Positions 38,361 through 48,199 of a stretch of 64,000 bases of DNA are shown piece by piece. Within the stretch, counting starts at the first letter, position 1; the number at the start of each line of letters is the position of its first letter. Source of the stretch: a virus (Duplodnaviria; Caudoviricetes); the IMG/VR virus record IMGVR_UViG_3300030055_000003, one strand, 5' to 3'. Position numbers and translations under genes: made by a program. The notes below the pieces were generated by a model. The model searched no databases and was not told the origin of the DNA. It saw only the letters and a program-made list of their open reading frames with translations.

Positions 38361-39974
38361 TTAATTAGCTAGATTTTTAAATGCAAAATATAGTGATTTA
38401 CTCTTAAAATATTTGTGACAATCAAATTTAGTATATACTTTCCAGTTCCCTTTAATACATGCTATTTGCTTCTCTGTTGGCTTGTCTTTCTTCCATTTAG
38501 CATTCTTATCTATAAAACTACTTCCATATGTATAAGCCATATTATCAATGTTATCTACTATTTCTTTTAGATTTTCATTTCTTTCATGCTCTATTAATTG
38601 CTTATCTTCATATTTATATGTAATAAATTCATCATCAACTTTAGTTAATACTATATCTAATTTATCATTTAAACTCAATATATAATATATGTTTTTATTA
38701 TAATACCATTCAAACCAATCAAGGCTGGAATATTCATATATATTACTAATATTGGAGTTAAACAAATCTATTTCTTCAGCTTCAAGTCTTAATTGTTCAA
38801 TCTTTTGTTTTTCTCTCTCTTCTTGTTCTAATCTTAATAATTCCTTTTCGTCTTCGTCTGCTTTTCTTATTCTTTCCTCAGCTTCTGATAAAGTTTCATC
38901 ATCTTTAAAAGTTATATTAAAAATACTATCTATATTAACCAATGAAAACTTTTTTGTTATATCACCTATATCAATTATAAGTGCATTTTCTTTCCCTTCT
39001 GATAACCTTAAAACTCTTCCTAAACATTGCATATATAAAATTCTAGACTTAGTGCTACGTGCCATTATAACGCAATCTAAAGCAGGAAAGTCAAAACCCG
39101 TTGTTAATATACTAACATTTACTAATATTTTGAATTTTCCTTTTTTAAAATCTTCTAAAGTGTTTTTGCGTTCTGTTGAATCTATTGTACTATCAATTGA
39201 TCTTGCATCTATTCCGTTATCTTGAAAACATTGCGTTATTGCATTAGCATGATTTATTCCACTTGCAAATATTATCGTGTGCTTTCTATCTTGTGCATAA
39301 TCTAAATAAGATTTTACTATTATATTATTTCTATCATCATTATTAATAGCTTCTTCTAAATGTTTTTGAATGAATTCTCCTCCAATAGTTTTAACATTTG
39401 ATATATCAGTATTACTATATACTTTCTTTGCTTTTGGTTCAACTAAGTAACCACTTTTGATAGCTTTTAATAAAGTCATTTCATATATTATATTATCAAA
39501 TATTTCTACCATTTTTGGATTATAAGGAGTTGCAGTTACTCCAATAACAATAGAATTTTGTCCTATAGCATCAATTATTTTTTTAATTTGTTCAACTGCT
39601 ACATGACATTCATCGAATATAATATATTTAAAATCACCACTAACAGTTATATCCTTCAATCTACTACTTCTTACATGGGTTAAACTTTGTCTTGTTGCTA
39701 CAATAATATTATTATCACACTCATTTAATTTTCCTTGTATACTTCCAACATCAACATTTTCTCCGCATACAAATTTTAGTTTATCAATTGTCTGCTCTCT
39801 TAACTCTGTACTCATAACAACTATCAATATTCTTTCTGTTGCTTCCTCCTTAACAAGACCACTCATTACAATAGTTTTTCCAGTTCCAGTTGGTAAAGAT
39901 ATTATACCCTTATCACCTATCTTTAATTCTTTTATTTTATTAATACTTTCTTGTTGATATTCTCTTAATTCCAT
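38361..39974 (-). CDS. SF2 DEAD/DEAH-box helicase (ResIII/IRC3-like)
   Basis: ELREYQ, LPTGTGKT, FDECH, GVTATP, LTTGFDFP, YMQCLGRVLR. Confidence 0.92.
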   Translation of the reverse strand: MELREYQQESINKIKELKIGDKGIISLPTGTGKTIVMSGLVKEEATERILIVVMSTELREQTIDKLKFVCGENVDVGSIQGKLNECDNNIIVATRQSLTHVRSSRLKDITVSGDFKYIIFDECHVAVEQIKKIIDAIGQNSIVIGVTATPYNPKMVEIFDNIIYEMTLLKAIKSGYLVEPKAKKVYSNTDISNVKTIGGEFIQKHLEEAINNDDRNNIIVKSYLDYAQDRKHTIIFASGINHANAITQCFQDNGIDARSIDSTIDSTERKNTLEDFKKGKFKILVNVSILTTGFDFPALDCVIMARSTKSRILYMQCLGRVLRLSEGKENALIIDIGDITKKFSLVNIDSIFNITFKDDETLSEAEERIRKADEDEKELLRLEQEEREKQKIEQLRLEAEEIDLFNSNISNIYEYSSLDWFEWYYNKNIYYILSLNDKLDIVLTKVDDEFITYKYEDKQLIEHERNENLKEIVDNIDNMAYTYGSSFIDKNAKWKKDKPTEKQIACIKGNWKVYTKFDCHKYFKSKSLYFAFKNLAN

Positions 39975-40072
39975 TATTATATCTTCCTCTCTTATTCAAA
40001 ATTATTTTAATTTATTTCAACTCTAAATTCATTTGCATATGCTCACGCACTTTTTTAAATTTTACTGTATGT

Positions 40073-40257
40073 CACCAACGCACCTTTTTAAAAAAAGTTG
40101 TATGAGCTTGACCACTTTTAAAGTAAATGTGCGTTGGTGTTGACCACTATTGACTATGTACATGTTCAAATATTAAGCACGATTGAAGTGTATCAATATA
40201 GACTAACTATCAAGATAAATTAATTAAACAGATAGACTAACAAGCCAGATAGACTAA
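40073..40257. repeat. non-coding repeat cluster downstream of wHTH gene
   Basis: inverted CACCAACGCAC (40073)/GTGCGTTGGTG (40129); TTGACCACT x2 (40108, 40140); ATAGACTAA x3 (40198, 40232, 40249). Confidence 0.7.
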
Positions 40258-40288
40258 GGTCAAGAGAGAATCTACAAATAGCAAAAAG

Positions 40289-41212
40289 CTATTTAACGGG
40301 TTTTTCTTTTTTCTCTCTTTCTTCTTTTTGTTGTTCTTCTATTTTCTTATATTCTTCTTGTAGCAAATCAAGTCTTATTTGTTCTACATCAGTAATAGTG
40401 TTTTTATCTATTTTGTCATTTAATTTATTTATCATTTGTTTTAAGCTTCTTTTCATATTTGATTTATTTTTACTTAATTTATTTTGTTTTATAAATCCTT
40501 CTTTCTCTCTATAGTTATTTATTCTAGTGATTAATAATTCTTTATCTTGATATCTACAATAAAACATTTTACTATTTCTTATTCTTCCTTTTGTAGTTTC
40601 TTTATATCCTGCATAATCACATTCTATTATTTTATTTTCTTGAAGGATATCAATATATTTTGTAATTGTTGATTCACTCAATCCAATATCCTCATTTATC
40701 TTATTGTAAGATGGATAACATAACTTATAATCTTCGTCTTGTTCATTGTTATCTATAAATGAATATATGTATACAATAAAGTTTATTAATGAATATGTAT
40801 CTAGTCTATTTATATGAGCTATATTTATTAATTCTAAAAATTCCCTATCATATATTAATGTGAAATTTTCAGGTTCTTCCACATAGCAATATAATAAATC
40901 ATTTCTATCTACATTTGTTATATCTGTTATTATATTATCCTCATTCAATACCGTATCATATACTTTAATAGTTTTATCATTTATAAACTGTTGCAATATA
41001 GCTTTGATATCTTTTATTTTTCTATTGTTACTTCTAGCGTGATTTAAAGTATCTAATAACCATGTAATAGAGAATATACAACCTCCTTTACAACTTAAAT
41101 TCATAGTCATTAATGCTAATATAGTTAATTGCTCACTGGATAATATGTATTCAACATCTCTTATATATTTATTGTCAATTCTTATGTAAGTATCATTTTC
41201 TTTCATTCTCAT
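40289..41212 (-). CDS. winged-HTH (replication-initiator-like) protein
   Basis: CYPSYNKINEDIGLSESTITKYIDILQENKII; similar to 57399..58364. Confidence 0.65.
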   Translation of the reverse strand: MRMKENDTYIRIDNKYIRDVEYILSSEQLTILALMTMNLSCKGGCIFSITWLLDTLNHARSNNRKIKDIKAILQQFINDKTIKVYDTVLNEDNIITDITNVDRNDLLYCYVEEPENFTLIYDREFLELINIAHINRLDTYSLINFIVYIYSFIDNNEQDEDYKLCYPSYNKINEDIGLSESTITKYIDILQENKIIECDYAGYKETTKGRIRNSKMFYCRYQDKELLITRINNYREKEGFIKQNKLSKNKSNMKRSLKQMINKLNDKIDKNTITDVEQIRLDLLQEEYKKIEEQQKEEREKKEKPVK

Positions 41213-41245
41213 ATAGTTTTTAATTCCTCTCTTATTTTGTATTTT

Positions 41246-41437
41246 TTAATTTTGTTCAAATCTCATGTTTTGGAATATTCTCCACTTCTTTAAAATACTA
41301 TCAAGCTTATCACCTCTTTCAAATATCCAAAATTCTTTATTAGTTGTATAATGTTTTCCAGTATCAATATATACTTGTCCCATGTTGCAAATGAAGTCTT
41401 TCTTTACTGGATTATAACAATAATAATTATTTGTCAT
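41246..41437 (-). CDS. small DUF5659-like protein
   Basis: YYCYNP..FI..G..Y...GKHYTTNKEFWIFER..KL..IL..W. Confidence 0.5.
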   Translation of the reverse strand: MTNNYYCYNPVKKDFICNMGQVYIDTGKHYTTNKEFWIFERGDKLDSILKKWRIFQNMRFEQN

Positions 41438-41690
41438 AATTAATCATTCCTTTACTTTTGATTTTTGATTAAGTTTTATTCTCTATTAATTTATTCAATA
41501 TCTCAGCATCTTATCAAGCCACCTTTCAATATTATTCATTAATGCACTTTAAGACTAACTTTCTAATTATTTTTAAAAAGCTAGTCTTTATCTATATTAA
41601 CCACTTGTTTGTGGATTGTATTATACTCTATCTATATTAAACAATCATTTCAGATTGTAATAATTTTTTATTAATATTATTTTTTTATTT

Positions 41691-42119
41691 TTAATCTTCA
41701 TATTTACATTTATTAATAGCTAAATTCAATCCTTTTAACAGTTTTGCATCTTGGTTTATTTCTTCTCTAGTATATCCCAAACACTCTAAAGTGTCGCTAA
41801 TATCTCCAGTATAACAATATTCATGGTTTGACAACTCATAACTAAACATATCTAATATATAGCCAGTTCCGTCTGTATCGTTGTTTACTTCTTCTTTTCT
41901 TTCTACCTCGTGTCTTGCTAATATATCATCAAAAGCTTTTTCGTCTGATTTTTTCATATATCCACCAGCACCTATAGAAATTATTTTATCGGTGTCATTT
42001 TCTTTTAATCCTAACTTTTCCATACCCTCAGCAAATTGTTTGTTACTGAATGCAAACATTAGTGGAAAGTCGTTTATTTCCTTTTGATGTTGTTCCTTTA
42101 ATACTGAATACTTATTCAT
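41691..42119 (-). CDS. hypothetical protein
   Basis: ORF track; AGGAG RBS. Confidence 0.7.
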   Translation of the reverse strand: MNKYSVLKEQHQKEINDFPLMFAFSNKQFAEGMEKLGLKENDTDKIISIGAGGYMKKSDEKAFDDILARHEVERKEEVNNDTDGTGYILDMFSYELSNHEYCYTGDISDTLECLGYTREEINQDAKLLKGLNLAINKCKYED

Positions 42120-42180
42120 TTTAAAATCACTCCTATTAATTTATTTTGTTTTTAGTTTGTTTAACTTGATAATATTATAT

Positions 42181-42741
42181 TTAACTTACTTTTAATAGCT
42201 CAAATTTTTCAATCATTTCTTTATAGGAATCTTCTAGTTGTTTCTCTTTAAACATAACCATATTTAATTTTGCATCATTTAACGCTTCTTCTTCAGTTGA
42301 TCCATGAGCAATTGAAATTCCTGATTTCAAATCTATTATAAACCATTTATTTTGTTTTTCATATGTATCTTCAGTATTCTCATATATTCCAAAAATCATA
42401 TTTTCTATTTCAACTTCTTTTCCTTCAACGGTTTAAACATACATTCCTTTATTATATTTAACAACTTCAATTTTAATTTCTTCTACAGTTTCTTCTTCAA
42501 CTTTATTTTCTTCTATTATATTAACTCCTTGTAACATAAAATGTTTATTTAGATAGTACTTTTGTAATTCGTCTAAACTTTCAAAAATCTCTTGAGATAT
42601 TTTTCCACCATCTTTAATTCCGTTAATTACATATTCAAACCATTCACCTTCAAATTGATTTTTTATAATGTCAGAGAATTCAATTCTTGCTTCAATACAT
42701 TCTTTTTCTATTTCACTTACATATTATTGTTTAGTTTTCAT
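42181..42741 (-). pseudogene. 186-codon ORF with two in-frame TAA codons (codons 6 and 103)
   Basis: MKTKQ*YVSEIEKEC...KGMYV*TVEGKEVEIENMIFGIY...; TAA at 42724-42726 and 42433-42435; the ORF-track 42181..42399 is its 3' fragment. Confidence 0.7.
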
Positions 42742-42901
42742 AATTATAACTTCCTTTCGTTCTATTAATTTGTTCATGTACTTCTTATCTCTTATATTAC
42801 ACTTGTTGCATATTAAAGTCAAGAAGTATTTGTGTTAATTTGTTAATATTTCTATTAGATGATTTTATTATCAATTATGTACTGGATTGCATAAAGCAAC
42901 C

Positions 42902-42988
42902 CTATTTGTATATTAAATTTATGATTGATAATATTATACTTATTACTATTAAGATTATTGTTATATTCTGCTTAGTATCTTTATTCAT
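42902..42988 (-). CDS. 28-aa hydrophobic peptide
   Basis: AAAGGAGG RBS; MNKDTKQNITIILIVISIILSIINLIYK; followed by GGTTGC-tttat-GCAATCC hairpin. Confidence 0.6.
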   Translation of the reverse strand: MNKDTKQNITIILIVISIILSIINLIYK

Positions 42989-43121
42989 ATTCTTTATACC
43001 TCCTTTATTAAATAGATATTATTAACTATTGATTAGTTTATATTTATATATTATAATGATATCAAAGAATTTTAAGAGTGGAAACCACTTTTTAAGTGAT
43101 TCCCAAAAGGTTTGAGGTTTA

Positions 43122-43241
43122 TTACTTTTTGAATATATTATTAATTATAAATGTTATGACTCCAATCAACGTATTTATAATTGCTAATATGAAAAGTATT
43201 GAACCTCTTTTGTCGTTCCTTTGTTGTTTCCTTCTCTCCAT
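43122..43241 (-). CDS. 39-aa hydrophobic peptide with basic ends
   Basis: MERRKQQRNDKRGSILFILAIINTLIGVITFIINNIFKK; TTGACT-17-TATAAT promoter at ~43315-43345. Confidence 0.6.
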   Translation of the reverse strand: MERRKQQRNDKRGSILFILAIINTLIGVITFIINNIFKK

Positions 43242-43796
43242 TCTTTTTATCACATTTTACCACCCACTTATATTTATTTGGTAAAGTTGTAATCCCTTAC
43301 CACATCTTTAATTATACTCTTATTCTTATGTAAAGTCAATAAATTAATATAAGTAAATAAAATTATTATAAGTATATGTACTCTATTATATCCAATACAA
43401 TGACGTTCTTAGAGTCTGTATATTGTTGTATCTATATGCTAGTGTAATTGCATTGTTATTATTAGTTGCTTATATAAGATGTATTGACGTATTCATTCCA
43501 GTTATTGAGTTGTTATATCTATTGTATAAGATGATTTAGTATATCTGTTATATGTTTATGGCATTGTTAGTTATTCATATGTTGTGCTTCATATTGACAC
43601 TGTGTTGAGTCTTATTAATAGTAGTAATGCAATTGGATGTGTTGATTGTTTGGTTTTGTATGAGGTTGTTTAGTTGGTTATAATAGTATTTTATCATATC
43701 TTTAATAAATTAACAAAATCATTGCAAACTAATTCTAAATATGATAAAATTAATTTGACAATAAATTAATATAAATAAGAAAGGAATTGATAAATT

Positions 43797-44759
43797 ATGA
43801 AAGAAAAACAAATTTGTAAAAACTGCGGAAAGGAGAAAGTTATTCATGCTCGTGGATATTGTAGTGGTTGCTATCAAAAGTTACTTTACAATGGTGAACT
43901 TAAAAAAGATACTCCAAAATGTAAAGTTGAAGGATGTGAAAAATTTTCTCGTGCTAATGGATATTGTATGAGGCATATTAATCAGCTTAGATATAATGGT
44001 AAAATAACTGATTCTAATCCTAATAGAAGTCATTATGATTCTAATGAAATAGTATTGTATGAAGATTATGCAGAGATAGTAATGTATGATACTAAGTGTT
44101 ATGAAAAAGCTAGAGCAATTATTGATATTGAAGATGTTGATAAATTAAAAGAATATAAATGGAATTGTGAAGTTAATTTACATGTGCATTCTGGAAATAC
44201 TTGGCTACATAGATTACTAATGAATTGTAATGATGATAATCTAGTTGTTGATCATATTAACCATAATCCTTTAGATAATAGAAAGGGAAATCTTAGAATC
44301 TGTACACCACAAGAAAATGGAATGAATAATAGTTTATCTAAAACAAATACTACTGGAATAATAGGAATATGCTATATTAAACAGAGAGATACTTGGCAAG
44401 CAAATATAACTGTTAAAAGTAAAGTAATATCATTAGGTGAATATAATAATAAAGAAGATGCAATAAAAGAAAGATTAAAAGCTGAGGTTTATTATATGAA
44501 AGAGTTTGCACCTCAACGTCATCTATATACACAGTATGGTACACAGTATGGAATTGATGAACATGGAGAATATGAAGTTAAACAATATACACCTAGAAAG
44601 AAAGGCAATGAGCATGGTGTCAAAGGTGTATTTAAAGGAAGTGGAAATAATAAAGACAGATGGAAAGTTGAATTTCAAATTAATGGTAAGCATATTTATT
44701 TAGGACATTATGATACAATTGAAAAAGCCATTGAAGTTAGACAAGCATATCAAGGTTAA
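43797..44759 (+). CDS. HNH endonuclease with AP2-like domain(s)
   Basis: LHRLLM..VVDHINHNPLDNRKGNLRICTPQEN; WQANI..SLGEY..KEDAIKER; WKVEF..HIYLGHYDTIEKAIEVR. Confidence 0.85.
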   Translation: MKEKQICKNCGKEKVIHARGYCSGCYQKLLYNGELKKDTPKCKVEGCEKFSRANGYCMRHINQLRYNGKITDSNPNRSHYDSNEIVLYEDYAEIVMYDTKCYEKARAIIDIEDVDKLKEYKWNCEVNLHVHSGNTWLHRLLMNCNDDNLVVDHINHNPLDNRKGNLRICTPQENGMNNSLSKTNTTGIIGICYIKQRDTWQANITVKSKVISLGEYNNKEDAIKERLKAEVYYMKEFAPQRHLYTQYGTQYGIDEHGEYEVKQYTPRKKGNEHGVKGVFKGSGNNKDRWKVEFQINGKHIYLGHYDTIEKAIEVRQAYQG

Positions 44760-45181
44760 TACATAATAAATTAATATAATATTATATGAGAGTAGTTGAA
44801 ACATACTACTCTATTTTATTTGCTTATATTTAGGATGTTATTATATGTATATTAACATCATGTAGTTATTAAAACTATGTGCTATTATAGTTATATTTAT
44901 GTATTGATAATAGTGTACTACTTGATATAGTACAGATAGAACACATTGCAGTAGCTTTTAAACTTTAAAACGAAAAATAAACAACTATATACAAAAAGTG
45001 TTCGTGTTTTGAAAATGTCACCAGTTTTCAGTAATCCAATATAAGTTGATATGAAATTGATTTTAAGATGCTAATTGGATAATATTAAAGTATCTGCAAC
45101 TCATAAAAGCAGTAAATTAGTTACCAATTATTAGGATATGTTTATATATGAAATATGTATTTCACACTGTTAAGCTGAAAC

Positions 45182-45433
45182 CGTTGGTATGACTTGGTTT
45201 CATAGGTTTGATGGTGTAAAAAATGGTATATTTATGTTTGTTGGTTCAATTGGATGGAATTGGAATGAGCGTATTGCTTGGATGGGGGCGTATAATACAT
45301 ATTTTGGTAAGTCATGTTCAGAGATTGAACGCTGATGTGTTGTACTCGTCTATATGGACAATTTTGGTAACGAAGGCTAAAAACACGAACATTAACATCG
45401 TAAGAGTGATCGTCAACCCCAGTAATACCAACG
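45182..45433. other. GC-enriched (~38%) non-coding element closed by a 13-bp inverted repeat; candidate structured RNA or DNA site
   Basis: CGTTGGTATGACT (45182) / AGTAATACCAACG (45421); internal GTTCA-gagat-TGAAC hairpin; ATTTTGGTAA x2 (45301, 45361). Confidence 0.45.
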
Positions 45434-45620
45434 TCTGACATAAAATAAATAAACTATAATTACCAAATAATTAAACCTAATAACCCTCAAACCTAGTGAC
45501 ACTAACCTATTGAACGATACGTACTATGTAACACCGATTAACCACTACTATTCTACGCTATATAAACATCTTTAAACCATTGGTATTACTACTCTAACAC
45601 CTATTTTAATCCACTCAAAA

Positions 45621-45660
45621 AATAGGCATTACGAAAGGCTTTATTCGCAATGCCTATTTG
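45621..45660. terminator. hairpin terminator
   Basis: AATAGGCATT ... AATGCCTATT. Confidence 0.7.
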
Positions 45661-45683
45661 CATTAATTTATTAAATATGTATT

Positions 45684-46466
45684 TTAATCAGTAATTTCCA
45701 CTTTCCAATTGTACATAGCATTAAATAACTTATTTGGTATCTTATCTTTGTATTCATCAGCAATTTCTTTTATATATTTTTCTTTAAATGGTTTGTAACC
45801 TTTATAAAAAGCATCATCAGTATTATTAAACAAACCTATTGTTATATTTCCTTTTTTATCACAATTACATTGTGCTCTATACTTGTTTTCTATTTTAAAA
45901 TAATTAACTCCTATTGGATATATTCCTCTTGTCCTATTACATTTAGTAAATAATACATTTATTCTTTGTGGTACAAAAACACAAGTTTCTGGACTGTATA
46001 TTTTATTACCCTTAACCAAAATATCTTTATCTAGAGCCATTCTTTGTCCTTCTACTTCGTAATGATTATCATTATACCACTCTTTAAAGTTTTTATAACA
46101 TAACCATTCATCACAACAAGTTACATTTTTATATGTCAAATGTTTATCTTTATATTTTTTACTATAACAACGTTCTATCATACCATGCCAAATGGTATAA
46201 CTATTATAAAAAACATCATTCCCATTTTTAGTTTTCTCTAGTCCAACTATTCCTACTTCATAAACTGTTGGTGAAAAGTGACTTTTTATTGATCCATTTT
46301 TAAAACATCCATAAGTCGTGTTTTTTAATTCTCCTGTTTCCTTGAACATAACTACTATATCAATAGCTGAATTATATTCAATTATTGTAGCCTCCTTTTC
46401 ACAGCATCTCATTATTTTACTCATACCCATTCTTTCTAGCTTGTCCTTTTCTAATTTGTTTCCCAT
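45684..46466 (-). CDS. putative homing-type endonuclease, paralogue of 1290..2258
   Basis: WHGMIERCY..EWLCYKNFKEWY..LDKDILVKGNKIYSPETCVFVP; AP2-like YRAQC..IGLF..TDDAF. Confidence 0.7.
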   Translation of the reverse strand: MGNKLEKDKLERMGMSKIMRCCEKEATIIEYNSAIDIVVMFKETGELKNTTYGCFKNGSIKSHFSPTVYEVGIVGLEKTKNGNDVFYNSYTIWHGMIERCYSKKYKDKHLTYKNVTCCDEWLCYKNFKEWYNDNHYEVEGQRMALDKDILVKGNKIYSPETCVFVPQRINVLFTKCNRTRGIYPIGVNYFKIENKYRAQCNCDKKGNITIGLFNNTDDAFYKGYKPFKEKYIKEIADEYKDKIPNKLFNAMYNWKVEITD

Positions 46467-47117
46467 AAAACCACTCTCTTTCTTCTATTAATTTGTTTCA
46501 CTGTAAACCCTTTTGAACAAATAGAAACACTTGTCCAACTCCTATATTATAACTTTTAATAATGATTGTCAACTTGATTCTATTAATTTATTTAAATGTT
46601 GATATCGTGAATTATAATTCCAAACTAAAAATACTAAATTCTAAAAATTAAATATAACAACTTTCACATCAATTCTAATACTACTCTCCTATCACACAAC
46701 TACTATTTACCTAAAAACTAAAATACCCTATTAAAAATCTACACATGGAGCTTGTACAATCAATAATAACTATAAAATATCAACAGTTAAAAATAAACAT
46801 AAAAATAAGACTGTCCTTTTACAGACAATCTTACTATAAGGGTAAAAGATTAAATTTATTAAAAATAAAGATTAATAAATAATCAAAAAACTTTACACAA
46901 CTGAATTATATACTAAACTACTAATTATTTATAGATGTAAATTATGGTAAATAGAATTTGCAATAATAGAAGCATAGGGAGGGGGCGTACTTTTTAAATC
47001 TAAAATATAAGTACCTACATACTACCCTAGCCTTATATAAATGTAGAATAAATAATATAACAAGTTATTAAAAACCCTTTAACTACTTCAAGTAATAAAG
47101 TATTAAAAACCATATAT

Positions 47118-47670
47118 CTATTCTACATTTTGCATTTGTCTTGTTTCTTTCTTAATATTATATCTAACCAATTCTATTTTCTTTTTAGTCTTGCCTACAA
47201 TAACATATTTTTCTCCTAAACAATCCACTACATCATAGATAGTATACATATACCATTTGAACATTATTAGATTGATTATACTATCCTTATTTAGTTTATT
47301 TAATGTATCAATGTTTATATTCTTAATAGTGTATAGTGCAATAGCAAAGTGTAACAAAACGCAATGATTTTTCTATTAAGATATTTCCAATAGTTATAGA
47401 ATATTTTGAAGGTTCTTAATTACCGTCTGGCATATGTATTATTAGGTTAAGAGTGAAACCACGGAGTATAAGCATTCTTTCTCCTTGAGCTCTTAATAAA
47501 TATGCCACAATCCATTTCTTAACCTGCAAATGCAAAGATGATAATTCCAATTAGTTGTATTGCATAATGTTACACTTTTACTTTGCAAAAAACAATAGTC
47601 AGCTCTACATCATTATCTAAAATAAAACTTGTGTTAACTACTAATTTATAATCTTCCTCATCACTCATAA
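47118..47670 (-). pseudogene. probable degraded ORF
   Basis: GAGG RBS and MSDEEDYKLVV start near 47670, then several stops/frameshifts; 47118..47357 is the longest fragment. Confidence 0.3.
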
Positions 47671-48199
47671 TTTATACCTCAAATCAATCATTTTATATAT
47701 TATATGCCAGTCCTTAAAAATAATTTACAAATTAATAATATTTAATGTATAGAAATTTATCTAATGGTTAATACTATTAATGTATACAATCTCAAATAGA
47801 ATATAGAACGCAAGTCGCAATTCAATTCCTTAGGTGAATGATTCCGTTTTTCGGTCTTATTACTTCTATTCTCTCTCCCCCTATTACTTTTATTATCTTA
47901 TTGAATAAATTCAAGTCGGCTATGACTGGTTTTAAACCCTTCAATAGTCAATGAGTCAATGATATATAATACTACAAATAAAAATACAATTGAAATAGAC
48001 TACTAAAACATATTATAAATAAGTACAAAATAAAAGGACTAGTTTAACTGATATATTAAACATAATCCTCAAACTAACTATATGTAGGATAAAAGTAAGG
48101 AGAAGAATAGAATATAAATGCTAGTGGATAATCCAAAAATCAAATACAATAATCTATTTCTCACCTACTTGAAGTAATATCTGCTAGACCAAAGAAAAA

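Noticed and set aside
42181-42399. HicB-like motif HGSTEEEALNDAK as possible partner of the HicA fusion
   Set aside because: Short motif common in phage proteins, inside a TAA-broken pseudogene 23 kb away
44834-44859. GATGTTATTA-TATGTA-TATTAACATC dyad with 6-bp centre, dif-like geometry
   Set aside because: Arms do not match XerC/D consensus orientation; single AT-rich dyad could be chance
45223-45441. Overlapping 71-aa (+) and 69-aa (-) ORFs
   Set aside because: No RBS and atypical composition; better explained as a non-coding GC-rich element
45284-46990. GGGGGCGTA resembles the 5' end of Firmicute tmRNA
   Set aside because: No following TTCGAC D-loop region, tag reading frame or matching 3' T-arm/CCA end seen
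47795-47880. Possible cloverleaf or hairpin RNA near 47.8 kb
   Set aside because: No tRNA T-loop/D-loop consensus and only weak stems; not supportable without a covariance search
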